Shown here: one piece after another, positions 1 through 9,915 of the stretch
How the letters are laid out: each line of letters opens with the position of its first letter
Position numbering within the stretch: position 1 is the first letter of the stretch
DNA from: Octopus sinensis
Taxonomy: Eukaryota
Assembly: GCF_006345805.1 (NCBI RefSeq)
Contig: NW_021824304.1
Coordinates: 1 to 19,308 of the forward strand
Length of the DNA stretch: 19,308 bases
Direction: 5' to 3'
Translations under genes and position numbers: made by a program
Notes under the pieces: generated by a model
Told to the model about the DNA's origin: nothing
Databases searched by the model: none
The model's input: the letters and a program-made list of their open reading frames with translations, nothing else

Positions 1-667
1 TTCACCACTGGAGAAGATTGGAAAGAGTCTTTTCTGCAATATGGATACATATTTATCTGAGTTTATGTTTTCCTCACACTCCACCAGCTCTGATCAACTG
101 CTGCTCGAAGTTGCTCCCCAGACCATCGCAGAATAACTGCCGTGTTTCATTGTTGGCTGCAATCTTTTCACATCAAATTCTTGGTAACAGAGTCTCCAGA
201 CTCACATTCGACCACTGTCAGAAAATACAGCAAATCTGTACTCATCAGAGAATATGACAGTGTGTCAAAATGCCAGTGGCCTCTCCACCATTTCACTGGC
301 CCAATTTTTTCTCCGCTTGATGCTGGCTGGTCAAAGGAGTGGCTTCTTTCTTGCTGCTCTGTCATAGTTACCAAGTTTGTGAAGATACCTGACAGCTGTT
401 CTAGGACTGACATCAACTCTGCTATACCAGACGCTTTGCAACGAGGATTATCTTAGTAAAGAGAAGGCTCATGTCAGAGAGCCCTAGTTGATCTGGGCGA
501 GGTGATGTGAACTCGTTCCTCTCTCTCTGGCGAATTGCACAATCACTATTAACTGTAGAAAGCAGGATCCCAAGGTTTTCTAAGATTTTACACTATGTCC
601 ATCTTCTGAATGACCCACAATACGGCCTCCTTGAAATTCGGACAGTTCCAGGGTTTCTTTTGTACAT
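1..667 (-). mobile_element. Decayed Tc1-like (DD34E-type) transposase pseudogene; runs off the window start
   Basis: Manual minus-strand translation. N-terminus: ELSEFQGGRIVGHSEDGHSVKS*ENLGI (Tc1 HTH-like start; ATG at 667 is 1 nt out of frame). Positions 360->1: [80 protein letters not shown]...NINSDKYVSILQKRLFP. This contains the Tc1 motifs KKPLL, FSDE, VWR, PTxKHG and MVWG. Four in-frame stops plus frameshifts. Confidence 0.93.
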
Positions 668-779
668 GATTAAACAGTCACACATAGAACCTGAAACATA
701 AAAATGTCAATTAATAAAAAATATATAGACCTTTAAAAGTTAAAATAAACATTAAACGATGTTTTATGCGGTGTCTGTT

Positions 780-995
780 TACGTCTGTCATGTCTGTGTA
801 TGTGCGTGTATGAGTATGTATGATTGCATGCGTGTATTTGTGTGTGTATGCGTATACATGTGTGGATGCTAATGCGCATGTATGTGTATATGAGTGTGCG
901 TAAGTGCGTCTGTGAATGTACATGTGCGTGTGTATAGGTGTGCGTATATGAATGTATATGTGTGTATGTGTATGCGTATGTGTGCATAAGCGTGT
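780..995. repeat. Degenerate (TG)/(TA)/(TATG) microsatellite
   Basis: Alternating purine-pyrimidine tract; source of the H/T/Y-rich ORFs. Confidence 0.9.
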
Positions 996-1177
996 GCTTG
1001 TAATAATATTATATCCTTTTTTTTTACTCAGGGTGAAAAGAGGGTCCATCACCCTTCACACAGTCCGCGAATCTGGTCGGAGGGGAGATGATGGTATCTT
1101 CAGAGCAGAAAACTTACCCAAATGCTTGCAACAAAGTAGTATCCATTAAAGGCACTCAACGTGTCACGAGGTAGTGT

Positions 1178-1231
1178 TATAGATATAGATATAGATATAG
1201 GTAGATAGATATACATATATATATATATATG

Positions 1232-1271
<40 letters not shown>

Positions 1272-1280
1272 CACATATAT
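1178..1280. repeat. (TAGATA)n + (TA)n microsatellite
   Basis: Visible directly. Confidence 0.95.
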
Positions 1281-1292
1281 AAGCTTACCATG

Positions 1293-1580
1293 TTTATGTA
1301 GTAAGAAATTTTCTTCTCAACCACATGGTTCCGGGATCAATCCCACCGCATGGCACCTTGAGCAGGTGTCTTCTGCTTTAGCTCTAGGCCAACCAAAGCC
1401 TTGTGATATGGATGTGGCAGACAGAACTGAAAGAGGCCCATCGTGTACATGTGTGTAGGGGGGGTCTTTGTGTATGGGTGTGTTCCCTACCACCGCTTGA
1501 CAACCAGTGTTGGTTTGCTTACATCCCCGTGACTGAGCGGTTCAGTAAGAATAAGTACCAAGTACCAGGTTTTCAAAAGA
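1293..1580 (+). mobile_element. tRNA-derived SINE, family A (diverged, 3'-truncated)
   Basis: caaccacatggttccgggatcaatcccac...caccttgagcaggtgtcttct...caaagccttgtga...gcttgacaacc aligns with the copies at 13564-13977 (+) and at 7808-8282 and 18095-18258 (-). B-box-like GGGATCAATCCC. Confidence 0.88.
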
Positions 1581-1681
1581 AGCGTTGCATGTATAATTGA
1601 TGAAAAATCATCATGCATAATATCCGTAATATCCATAGGTGAAATCAATACATAGATTCCCTAATAAATAGGTGTAGAAAA

Positions 1682-1892
1682 AAGGGGGGGGTTGGCAAAA
1701 ACGTTGGCACGCCGGGCGAAATGCTTACTGGTATTTCGTCTGCCGCTACATTCGGAGTTCACATTCCGTCGAGGTAGACTTTGCCTTTCATCCTTTCGGG
1801 GTCGATAAATCAAGTACCAGTTGTGTACAGGAGTCATGCAATCGACTGGCCCTCCAAAATTTCGGCCCTTGTACCTTGAATAGAAAAGATTA
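1682..1892 (+). mobile_element. tRNA-derived SINE, family B (near complete)
   Basis: tRNA-like head (ttggcaaaaacgttggcacgccgggcg...gagttcacattcc), body gactttgcctttcatcctttcggggtcgataaatcaagtacc, and 3' end aaatttcggcccttgtacc...tagaaaagat, which matches the fragment at 2297-2363. Confidence 0.85.
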
Positions 1893-1898
1893 TATACC

Positions 1899-1900
1899 AT

Positions 1901-1932
<32 letters not shown>

Positions 1933-1975
1933 ATATACAATATATATATATATATAATATAATATATACATATAC
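1899..1975. repeat. (TA)n microsatellite between two tail-to-tail SINEs
   Basis: Visible directly. Confidence 0.95.
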
Positions 1976-1976
1976 T

Positions 1977-2210
1977 ATTTTACTCTTTACTTGTTTCAGT
2001 CAGTTCCTTTTTTTTTCCTGCGGCCATGCCGGAACACCGCCTTTAATCGAGCAACTCGACCCCGGGACTTTTCTTTTGTAAGCCCGTACTTATTCTATCG
2101 GTTTCTTTTGCCGAACCGCTAAGTAACGGGGACATAAGCACACCAGCATCGTTGTCAAGCAATGCTAGGGGAACAAACACAGACACACACGCAATATATA
2201 TATATATATA

Positions 2211-2278
<68 letters not shown>

Positions 2279-2295
2279 CTGCGACGGGCTTCTTT
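1977..2295 (-). mobile_element. SINE family A, 3' part with internal (TA)n; head missing
   Basis: ttgtttcagtca...gcggccatgc...tacttattctatcggtttcttttgccgaaccgctaag...ttgtcaagc...cgacgggcttcttt is colinear with the 7808-8282 copy and stops at 2295. Confidence 0.92.
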
Positions 2296-2296
2296 T

Positions 2297-2363
2297 TCGA
2301 TCTAATCGACTGCCCCACCCCCTCCCCCCAAATTTAGGCCTTGTGCCTAAAGTAGAAAAGAAT
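2297..2363 (+). mobile_element. SINE family B 3'-end fragment fused to the preceding SINE A
   Basis: tcgatctaatcgactgcccc...aaatttaggccttgtgcctaaagtagaaaagaat resembles 1840-1892. Confidence 0.82.
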
Positions 2364-2539
2364 AAATAGGTAATGAGTTCGATAGGATAAATGCGCGCGC
2401 AGATGCGCTCACGCATGCGCACGCACAGACATAGCGGCAAGCATATACGACCAGCTGGTTGGCTACATATGCACAAAGACGGGGAAAGGTGCGCATACAT
2501 GCACGAATATAAACCCTCAGTCAGTTACACGTACGCACA

Positions 2540-3204
2540 ATTATGCTAACACAAACGCATAAATACACACATGCACACATACATGCACATACGCGCGCGC
2601 ACACATACACACACGCATACATATACGTACATGATACATATGTATGTATATATGAATACATATATGTATACGTACATATACGTGTGTGTATGTGTGTGTG
2701 TGTATGTGTATGTTTGTGTGTGCTTATTCGTATATCAGATCGTGATACGACTGGACACATTGCCCAGTATTTCAAATATTATGTGCATATATTCAAAGCG
2801 TGTGTCGTGCATATAACGGTGTATATACATATATACACGCGAACATAGATCCACGCGCGCGTGCGCGCACACAGATTGCATACACATAAATACGCATGTA
2901 CATACATACATACATACATACGTACGTACATACATACATACATATGTAAATACATACATACGTACATACATATATACATACATACATGCATACATACATA
3001 CATACATTCATACATACATACATACGTACGTACGTACATACATACATACATACATACGTACGTACGTACATACATACATACATACATACATACATACACA
3101 CATACATACATACGTACACGCGAACTTAAACAGATCTACACGCGAGGGCGAGCACACAGCCTCGCTTACGCATAAATACACATGTACATACATACATACA
3201 TACA

Positions 3205-3238
<34 letters not shown>

Positions 3239-3520
3239 CATACATCTATACGTACATACAAAAATACATACACACATATATGCATGCATATATACATAGA
3301 TACATAAATACAAACATACGTGCGTACGTAAACGTACGTACGCATACACATATATACTGTACGTTCATTCATACACACACACGCATGCATGCACACATAC
3401 AGACATACAAACACATGGACATCCACATATACACGCATACATACACACACGCACATACATGCACACACGCCCCGCCCCCCCCTCCCCCCCCCCCCACACA
3501 CACACATCAACGAACATGAA
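2540..3520. repeat. Compound (TACA)n/(CA)n/(TG)n microsatellite with recurring spacer motif
   Basis: Long tacatacata runs, tacg variants, and a cgcgaac..agat..acg motif near 2838, 3119 and 3584. Confidence 0.95.
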
Positions 3521-4043
3521 TGCAGACAATCTGCGCTGTCAGTGCTGCGCACGCGTAGACGTACACATTCAAAAATACGCAAGCGCGAACGTAGATGCTA
3601 CGACACAAAAACAACACAAAACAGCAAAAAAAGAAAAACCCCAAAGAACAACAAAACACAACACAAAACTAGCCTGCCGAAACCTGTGTGATACATAGCG
3701 GCTAACTTTGATAGCCATGCTAGATATTATAAGATGAAAGAAGACGCACTCCAAAGAAAGAAAAGATAAAAGAGAAAGAAAATATTTCAAAAGATCGGTA
3801 AGAAGGAATACATTGCCGAAAATATAAAGGTTTTTCCGGTGCTGAATACCAGAATTCCCTACAAGACAGTTCCAATGTCATCAGGTATTATGAAAAGAAC
3901 GGAAGCGGTAGAAGACAGGTCCGTGCAAGCGACGTGAGCGATGTGAGTGAAGTGAGCGATGAGCGACGTGAAGACTTACCTCCCTTGATTATTTTAATAA
4001 TTTCTGTGAAGATGAATACGTGCGTGTGTATGTATGGAGATAA

Positions 4044-4136
<93 letters not shown>

Positions 4137-4137
4137 A
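4044..4137. repeat. (GATA)n microsatellite
   Basis: Visible directly. Confidence 0.97.
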
Positions 4138-4159
4138 CACCTACATACATACGAACATA

Positions 4160-4632
4160 TACATATGTATAAGCATGTCCTCATATGCGTGTATGTGTGT
4201 GTAAGTATTGTGTATGTATGCATGTATGTATGTATGTATGTGTGTTTTAATAGATACCTGTTTATGAATACCTTAGACTGTGAATATATATGTGTGTGTA
4301 TACATATATATATATATGTATGTATGTATGTCTGTCTGTCTGTATGTATGTATGTATGTATGTATGTGTGTATGCATGTATGTGTATACATGTCTGTGTG
4401 TATGTGTATGTATGTGTGTATGAATGTATGTATGTAAGAATATATGCATGTATGTATGCGTGTGTATGTATGTCTGTATGCGTGTGTATGTATGTCTGTA
4501 TGTATGTATGAATATATGCATGTATGTGTGTGTATGTATGTATGTATGTATGTATGTATGCATGTGCATGTATGTCTGCATGTATGTATATGCCAGTGGT
4601 GCATATGTGTGTACATGTAGGTATATATATAT
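4160..4632. repeat. Degenerate (TATG)n/(TG)n microsatellite
   Basis: Visible directly; accounts for most of the 254-aa ORF at 3888-4652. Confidence 0.95.
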
Positions 4633-4811
4633 GAGCACGCGTGTTTTTCCATCTCCTTAAGACTTACTTCCTACTTCGTATTTCCGCCATTTTCTTTCTA
4701 TATCGTTGCTACCGTTGTTGATGGTTTTCCTTGCCAAACCAATTCCTTTTCTTTCTCTTATCTTCCTCCCACATACTTACACCCTACACGCATAACTCCT
4801 TACCTCCATCC

Positions 4812-4813
4812 TT

Positions 4814-4868
<55 letters not shown>

Positions 4869-4885
4869 TTCTTTCTTTTTTTCTT
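4812..4885. repeat. (CT)n polypyrimidine tract
   Basis: Visible directly. Confidence 0.95.
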
Positions 4886-5124
4886 TCCTACTTTCCCCCT
4901 GGTGAGACTATCACCAATTTCATTACTTCCATTACTCGAATTCTCAACGCGTCCAGAGCATTCGCTTTTTATTGTCTTCATCACAAAAGATTTCCTCGAC
5001 GACCTCGTTGCGACATTTCGGCTGTTCTATTGAATTCAATCACAAGCTATTAAAACCGCCATCAAAACTCTTTGCATACCGTCACCCACCTAAATCCTAC
5101 CTACGCTAATCCAAAGGCACAGAG

Positions 5125-5252
5125 ATATGCATATTTATATAAGTGTATATATGTGTGTAGACATTTATATATGATATGGATAAATGCACCTATGTGGGTG
5201 CATATATATTTGTATGTGTGTATGTGCGTGTATATATACATACATACATACA

Positions 5253-5284
<32 letters not shown>

Positions 5285-5439
5285 AATGTATATATATTTG
5301 TATGTTTCTGTAGACCTATGTGATATGTATAAATGCGTCTGTGTCTGTGTGTATTTGTGTGTGAGTGTATGTGTGTGTGTGAATATGCTTGTGTATGTGT
5401 GTGTATATGTGTACTCATAATCCTACATATATGAATGAG

Positions 5440-5481
<42 letters not shown>

Positions 5482-5645
5482 CACACACATGTGAGTGTGT
5501 GTATATATGTATCTGTATTTATTAATTTATCAGCTTGTACACACACACACATAAGCACACGCACACACACATATACTTATATACATTTGTATATATGTGT
5601 GTGCGAGTGTGTATGTCTATGTATGTTTACGTATATATTTATATA
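5125..5645. repeat. Compound (TA)/(TG)/(TACA)/(CA) microsatellite
   Basis: Visible directly. Confidence 0.92.
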
Positions 5646-5653
5646 GATAGAAA

Positions 5654-5948
5654 GAGTGAGTTCGATTAACGTACCGGGGGGTTGAGTGTTGTGGCTCTTG
5701 GGCCAGACACTTTGCTCCTGTTCACATCAGCTGTAGAAATGAGTTGCAGCGTCACTGGTGCCAAGCTGTATCGGCCTTCGTCTTACCCCTCGATAAACAT
5801 CAGTGGCGTGGAGAGGAGAGGCTGGTATGCATGGGTGATTGTTGGTCTTTAGTAAACAACCTTGCTCGGACTTGTGCCTCGGATGGGAACTTGCTAGGTG
5901 CAATCCCATTGTCATTCATAACCGAAGGGGGTCTTTACTCTTTACCCT
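5654..5948 (+). mobile_element. tRNA-derived SINE, family C (5' A-box part missing)
   Basis: B-box GAGTTCGATT at 5658. Core cttgggccagacactt...cagctgtagaaatgagt is shared with the 8632 SINE and resembles the CORE-SINE domain. Tail ctttactctttaccct. Confidence 0.72.
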
Positions 5949-5963
5949 GTATATACTCTCATT

Positions 5964-5988
5964 AATTATTATTATTATAATAATAATA

Positions 5989-6036
<48 letters not shown>
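5964..6036. repeat. (ATT)n/(AAT)n microsatellite (3' tail or target of the adjacent retroposon)
   Basis: Visible directly. Confidence 0.97.
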
Positions 6037-6572
6037 GAGTGAGAGTGTAGTGCATGCCATCAGAGTGACACTGGGGTACAAATATACGAAGCCTAGCATA
6101 CCCATCATGACTACCCGTCTTATAAGGGTACACCAGGCACATGCATCACAACCATATTTGTGCGACATGGTGATCTCATTTCAAGATAAACAGCACATGA
6201 CCTTGTAGATGGTGCCCAGTTAGAAATTTCTTCTGGTTGGGTAACCCATCCCACTCAAAAGGTCCCTGATTAAGGGTTGTTTAAGGATGTTGAATGAAAC
6301 ACCCATGTTTCCAGAGGTGAATTATTCAAACCTCCAAGAATTCCTTTCAACACATAGCTATGATGCTCCCCCACTACTTCTACTCGTGATCAGAGATGCA
6401 CATATCGTCAGCCACTAAGGGACTTGCTCAACTGGTTAGGGTCAAACAACTGACAAGCAAATCTGTGGTATTGAGCAGAATATTTGCTGTAGCCCATCTT
6501 TTATACCAAGGCAAAACAATGTACATGATAACACTTCCAGTCAGTTAAGATCAGAAGCCATGAGAACCGCTG

Positions 6573-6573
<1 letters not shown>
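6037..6573 (-). mobile_element. ~537-bp retroposon-like repeat (LINE 3' region or non-autonomous derivative), copy 1, with (AAT)n tail
   Basis: End-to-end alignment to 12738-13274 with about 30 differences by manual count. Minus strand ends ...ctcactc(AAT)n. No coding signal. LINE clade not determinable by eye. Confidence 0.85.
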
Positions 6574-6605
<32 letters not shown>

Positions 6606-6607
6606 TA

Positions 6608-6662
<55 letters not shown>
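6574..6662. repeat. (ATC)n(ATT)n microsatellite
   Basis: Visible directly. Confidence 0.97.
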
Positions 6663-6664
<2 letters not shown>

Positions 6665-6947
6665 TCGTTCTTCTTCTCTATCCTTCCCACATGATCTCTG
6701 TACTAATTATCCCTCCACTAACCACACTTTTATTTACTTTCTTGTGCGCACGCGCGTGAGTGAGTGTGTGTACGTGTGTGTACGTCTGTGTGTATGCATT
6801 AGGATTTAACCGAAATTTAACAGATATTGATCACTTATTGATGACACTGATCTTATTCAGATTAGTTAGGAAAATACCGACTTTTGGAAACACTCAATAC
6901 ATTTTCAGCATTCCTCCGTCATCTTGAAAATGAAAAGAACGGATCAA

Positions 6948-7056
6948 CATGCTGCTACTGCTACTACTGCCACTACTTCTTTTACCATCATTATCATCAT
7001 CATTATCATCGTCGTCGTCATCATCAAAACATTCTTCTTCTTCATCTTCTTCTTCA
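6948..7056. repeat. Mixed trinucleotide low-complexity tract (CTA/CAT/CGT/CTT)
   Basis: Visible directly. Confidence 0.85.
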
Positions 7057-7387
7057 CGAAATTCAGATGTTCATGATCGCCTCAAATTAAAAATTTGATC
7101 ACATTTTTGTCAATCAAAAGATTTCAATTCCTGTTTTTTTTTAAATTCATTTTATTCATTTTTAGCTATTTTTATTATTAATATCATGTGATCGTTGTAA
7201 ACTCTGTTTTTTTTTTTTTTCGCACTGGTCATCTCAAAATTTTCCTTCACAGTAAATACAATGAAACCTATTCTGTTGAATTATTTCCCCTTTGGCATAT
7301 TGTTGATATCCATAATCAGGATCACAACATTCTCTATATTTCTCTATATACTTGCATCACTTGTATACCTTACCAACCGACTGGAAT

Positions 7388-7454
7388 ATATTCACTGATG
7401 GGGCTTAATATAACCGAAACGTGTTCACTAATCCTAGCAGTTAGCTTTGAATAT
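7388..7454 (+). other. Degenerate hammerhead-ribozyme-like core (Penelope/retrozyme type)
   Basis: CTGATG(G) at 7395, GG..CC stem II, GAAACGT at 7416. Possible stem I between atattca (7388-7394) and tgaatat (7448-7454). A conserved core A is replaced by G. Confidence 0.45.
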
Positions 7455-7807
7455 CAGATCAGCTCCAGTCTGCATGGTCTATATCATCCAAAAATTTCAA
7501 ACAACTGATCTTATTGGAATTAACTCCCTTGACTGTGGATTTTATTGTAAAGATTTTTTACACAACCAGAAAGATTTGTTTTGATTTTTTTTTAACTGTT
7601 GAATACTTCGATCATCGATGCTAATCAGAGTTTTCTTCTTCAGCCCACCATTACACACTCAAGATTTTATTGTATATATTTTCGTAGCAACAATACTTTT
7701 AGACAACAACCGTTTCTTTCCTTTTTCCTTTTCTGCCTCTTCCTCTTCAAATCTATTTCATCTCACCCCACTCAATATTACAACTGAAGACACCAACCTC
7801 AACACCA

Positions 7808-8282
7808 TTCTTTTATTCTTTTATTTGTTTCAGTCATTTGACTGCGGCCATGCAGGAGCACCGCCTTTAGTCGAGCAAATCGACCTCAAGACTTATTCTT
7901 TGTAAGCCTAGTACTTATTCTATCGGTCTCTTTTGCCGAACCGCTAAGTTACGGGGACGTAAACACACCAGCATCGGTTGTCAAGCGATGTGGGGGGGGG
8001 GGCAAACATAGACACACAAACATACAAACATATATAGAATAAACCTTTACATATATAAATAACGTGGAATACACGAAGGGACGAACATAAGAGACAGACG
8101 GGTCATTCAAAGCCTTCATATATATATATACGACGGGCTTCTTCCAGTTTCCGTCTACGAAATCCACTCACAAGGCTTTTGTCGACTCGAGGCTATAGTA
8201 GAAGACACTTGCCCAAGGTGAAACGCAGTGGGAGTGAACCCAGAACCATGTGGTTGGTAAGTAAGCCACTTACCCCACAGCC
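7808..8282 (-). mobile_element. SINE family A, near full length, with an 81-bp insert at 8037-8117
   Basis: Colinear with the reverse complement of 13564-13977, from the (ttttattc) tail to the head (cttacc.cacagcc); extreme 5' end missing. Confidence 0.95.
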
Positions 8283-8329
8283 TATCAGACGCAATACTTT
8301 TTTCCTCTTTAACTTATTTCTACATTGGA

Positions 8330-8415
8330 TTTTGACCATACTGGAGCAGTGCCTTGAAAAGTTTTGGACGATCATATCGACCCCAGTACTTATTTTAAAA
8401 CCTTGTACGTATTTT
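8330..8415 (-). mobile_element. Old SINE-A-like 3' fragment
   Basis: ccatactggagcagtgccttgaa...atcgaccccagtacttatttt resembles ccatgcaggagcaccgccttt...atcgacc...acttattc of the adjacent copy. Confidence 0.6.
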
Positions 8416-8631
8416 CTTCTTCAAGGGACTGCAAGCCAGATGCCGTTTCACAATGCAGCGCCAAAAATCTCAAACATCATATCAATCTCAATACGTTTTA
8501 AACTCTGGTACTTTCTTTTTTATTTTCAACATGAAGCTGCAATCGAGATGGGTCTCACAATACTGCACCAGAAACCTCTCTCCACATTACCAACGGAAGG
8601 TCCTTACTTTCATGTCATGTAACTCTACCAA

Positions 8632-8810
8632 TGGCGATGCGCGTTGCTTAGTGGTTAGGATGATGCACTCGTGATTATAAGATTGAGGTTTCGTTCCTGG
8701 ACCGGGCGATGAATTATATTCTTGAGAAAAACACTTCATTTCATGTTGATCCAGCCCACTCAGCTGGCAAAAATGAGTAACCGTGCGACGGACTGGGGCC
8801 ACGACCATGG
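8632..8810 (+). mobile_element. tRNA-derived SINE, family D
   Basis: A-box-like TTGCTTAGTGGTTAGG and B-box-like GGTTTCGTTCC. Core ttcttgagaaaaacactt...cagctggcaaaaatgagt is shared with 5654-5948. Confidence 0.75.
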
Positions 8811-8919
8811 GTGGAGGAATAAATGCACCACAAAATCCGGAAAACTGAGCTTATGAGCCTATGGTTCAGGAAGGACCTTTGATCCTTTAATCTCTACCAG
8901 TAACATTGTGTGAGTGGTT

Positions 8920-9161
8920 TTCGCCCTTCATCGAAGTGTGGAAGTCCGTTATGGTCTAATGTTCAGCAAGACGGCAGTCGCCAGGAAGCCCTTCTCTGCT
9001 TCGATCAACAAACAAGAGCAGAGTTGGGTGTAAAATGCCCATAAATCTTCTCTTGCATCTCCTGTTCTCATCATGAGAGGCTTGGAATCATCAAAGCAAT
9101 CACGATACTCCTTCTTCGTAGCCTTGGTTTCGGCTCCATAGAGAAGAATGTATTTTAGCAA
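8920..9161 (-). mobile_element. Possible heavily decayed RTE-clade LINE fragment (RT C-terminal region)
   Basis: Minus-strand ILLYGAET matches the LLYGAETW motif of RTE-type ORFs. Downstream VLLNIRP*R..RR.KTT is only weakly similar to the RGRPKTTW region. Confidence 0.4.
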
Positions 9162-9224
9162 TCGCCGTTTGTTGCGCTGCTATCTTACAATACGCTATCA
9201 ATACCACAAATAATATTTTTTTTA

Positions 9225-9915
9225 AACCACCTCTGTTTGCACTACCACCATCACTACCGCCACTAACAACAGCACAGTTTCCTTCGCAACCCCCATCGCT
9301 ATGGCATAGAGCACAGAAATCATCACCATCATTATCATCATCTTCACCACCATCACCACCACTAACACCACTACTACCACCACCATCACCACCACCACTA
9401 CCAATACTACCATCACCATCACCGCTACAACCACTACTACCACCATCGCCACCACCACTAGCACTATCACCAACACCGCCTCTAAAAACGACAGCAACAA
9501 CAACCACTACCATCACCTCAGCGAGCATCACCATTACTTCCGACACCACAGCCACCAAAACAACCACCGCCATCATCCACACCACTGACACCACCACAAA
9601 TACCATCGCCACCGAGGCCACAGCTACTACCACTACCATCACCACCACTACAACCATCAACGCCATCACCGTCACTACCTGCACCAACACCACCACTAAC
9701 ACCGGAGCCATACTATTGCCCCCACAATTGTTACCATTTCTACTTCCAACACCACATCACTAGTCACCATCGCCACCACTACCACAACTACTCCCACCAC
9801 CACCACCACCACCACCTCCATCGACAACACCACTACTACGACAAGCTACTTCCGCCAACGCCATCACCACTAGACAATAAAACACCTTCAGCTACCGACA
9901 GCACCACTGCCATGA
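9225..9915. repeat. Degenerate (CAC/ACC/ACT)n trinucleotide tract
   Basis: Visible directly; generates the V/G-rich 203-aa and 93-aa ORFs. Confidence 0.93.

Noticed and set aside
168-416. 82-aa minus ORF (MMSVLEQ...) and overlapping plus ORFs
   Set aside because: Off-frame or antisense readings of the Tc1 pseudogene; the transposase motifs lie in a different, stop-interrupted frame.
2370-2430. GCGCATGCGC-like (NRF1-type) words
   Set aside because: Imperfect matches in degenerate CA/TG alternating sequence, where such words arise easily; no other promoter evidence.
3770-3947. ~58-codon open plus frame (KIFQKIGKKEYIAENIKVFPVLNTRIPYK...)
   Set aside because: No start codon at its beginning, no polypyrimidine acceptor and no recognisable motif; length within chance.
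2521-4660. Numerous 70-254 aa ORFs rich in MYVC/HTYI/YLSI
   Set aside because: Translations of TACA, TATG and GATA microsatellites, which lack stops in several frames; not evidence of genes.
9100-9711. 203-aa Val/Gly-rich ORF, or mucin-like Thr-rich plus frames
   Set aside because: Product of a degenerate (CAC/ACC)n tract, with no splice or domain support.
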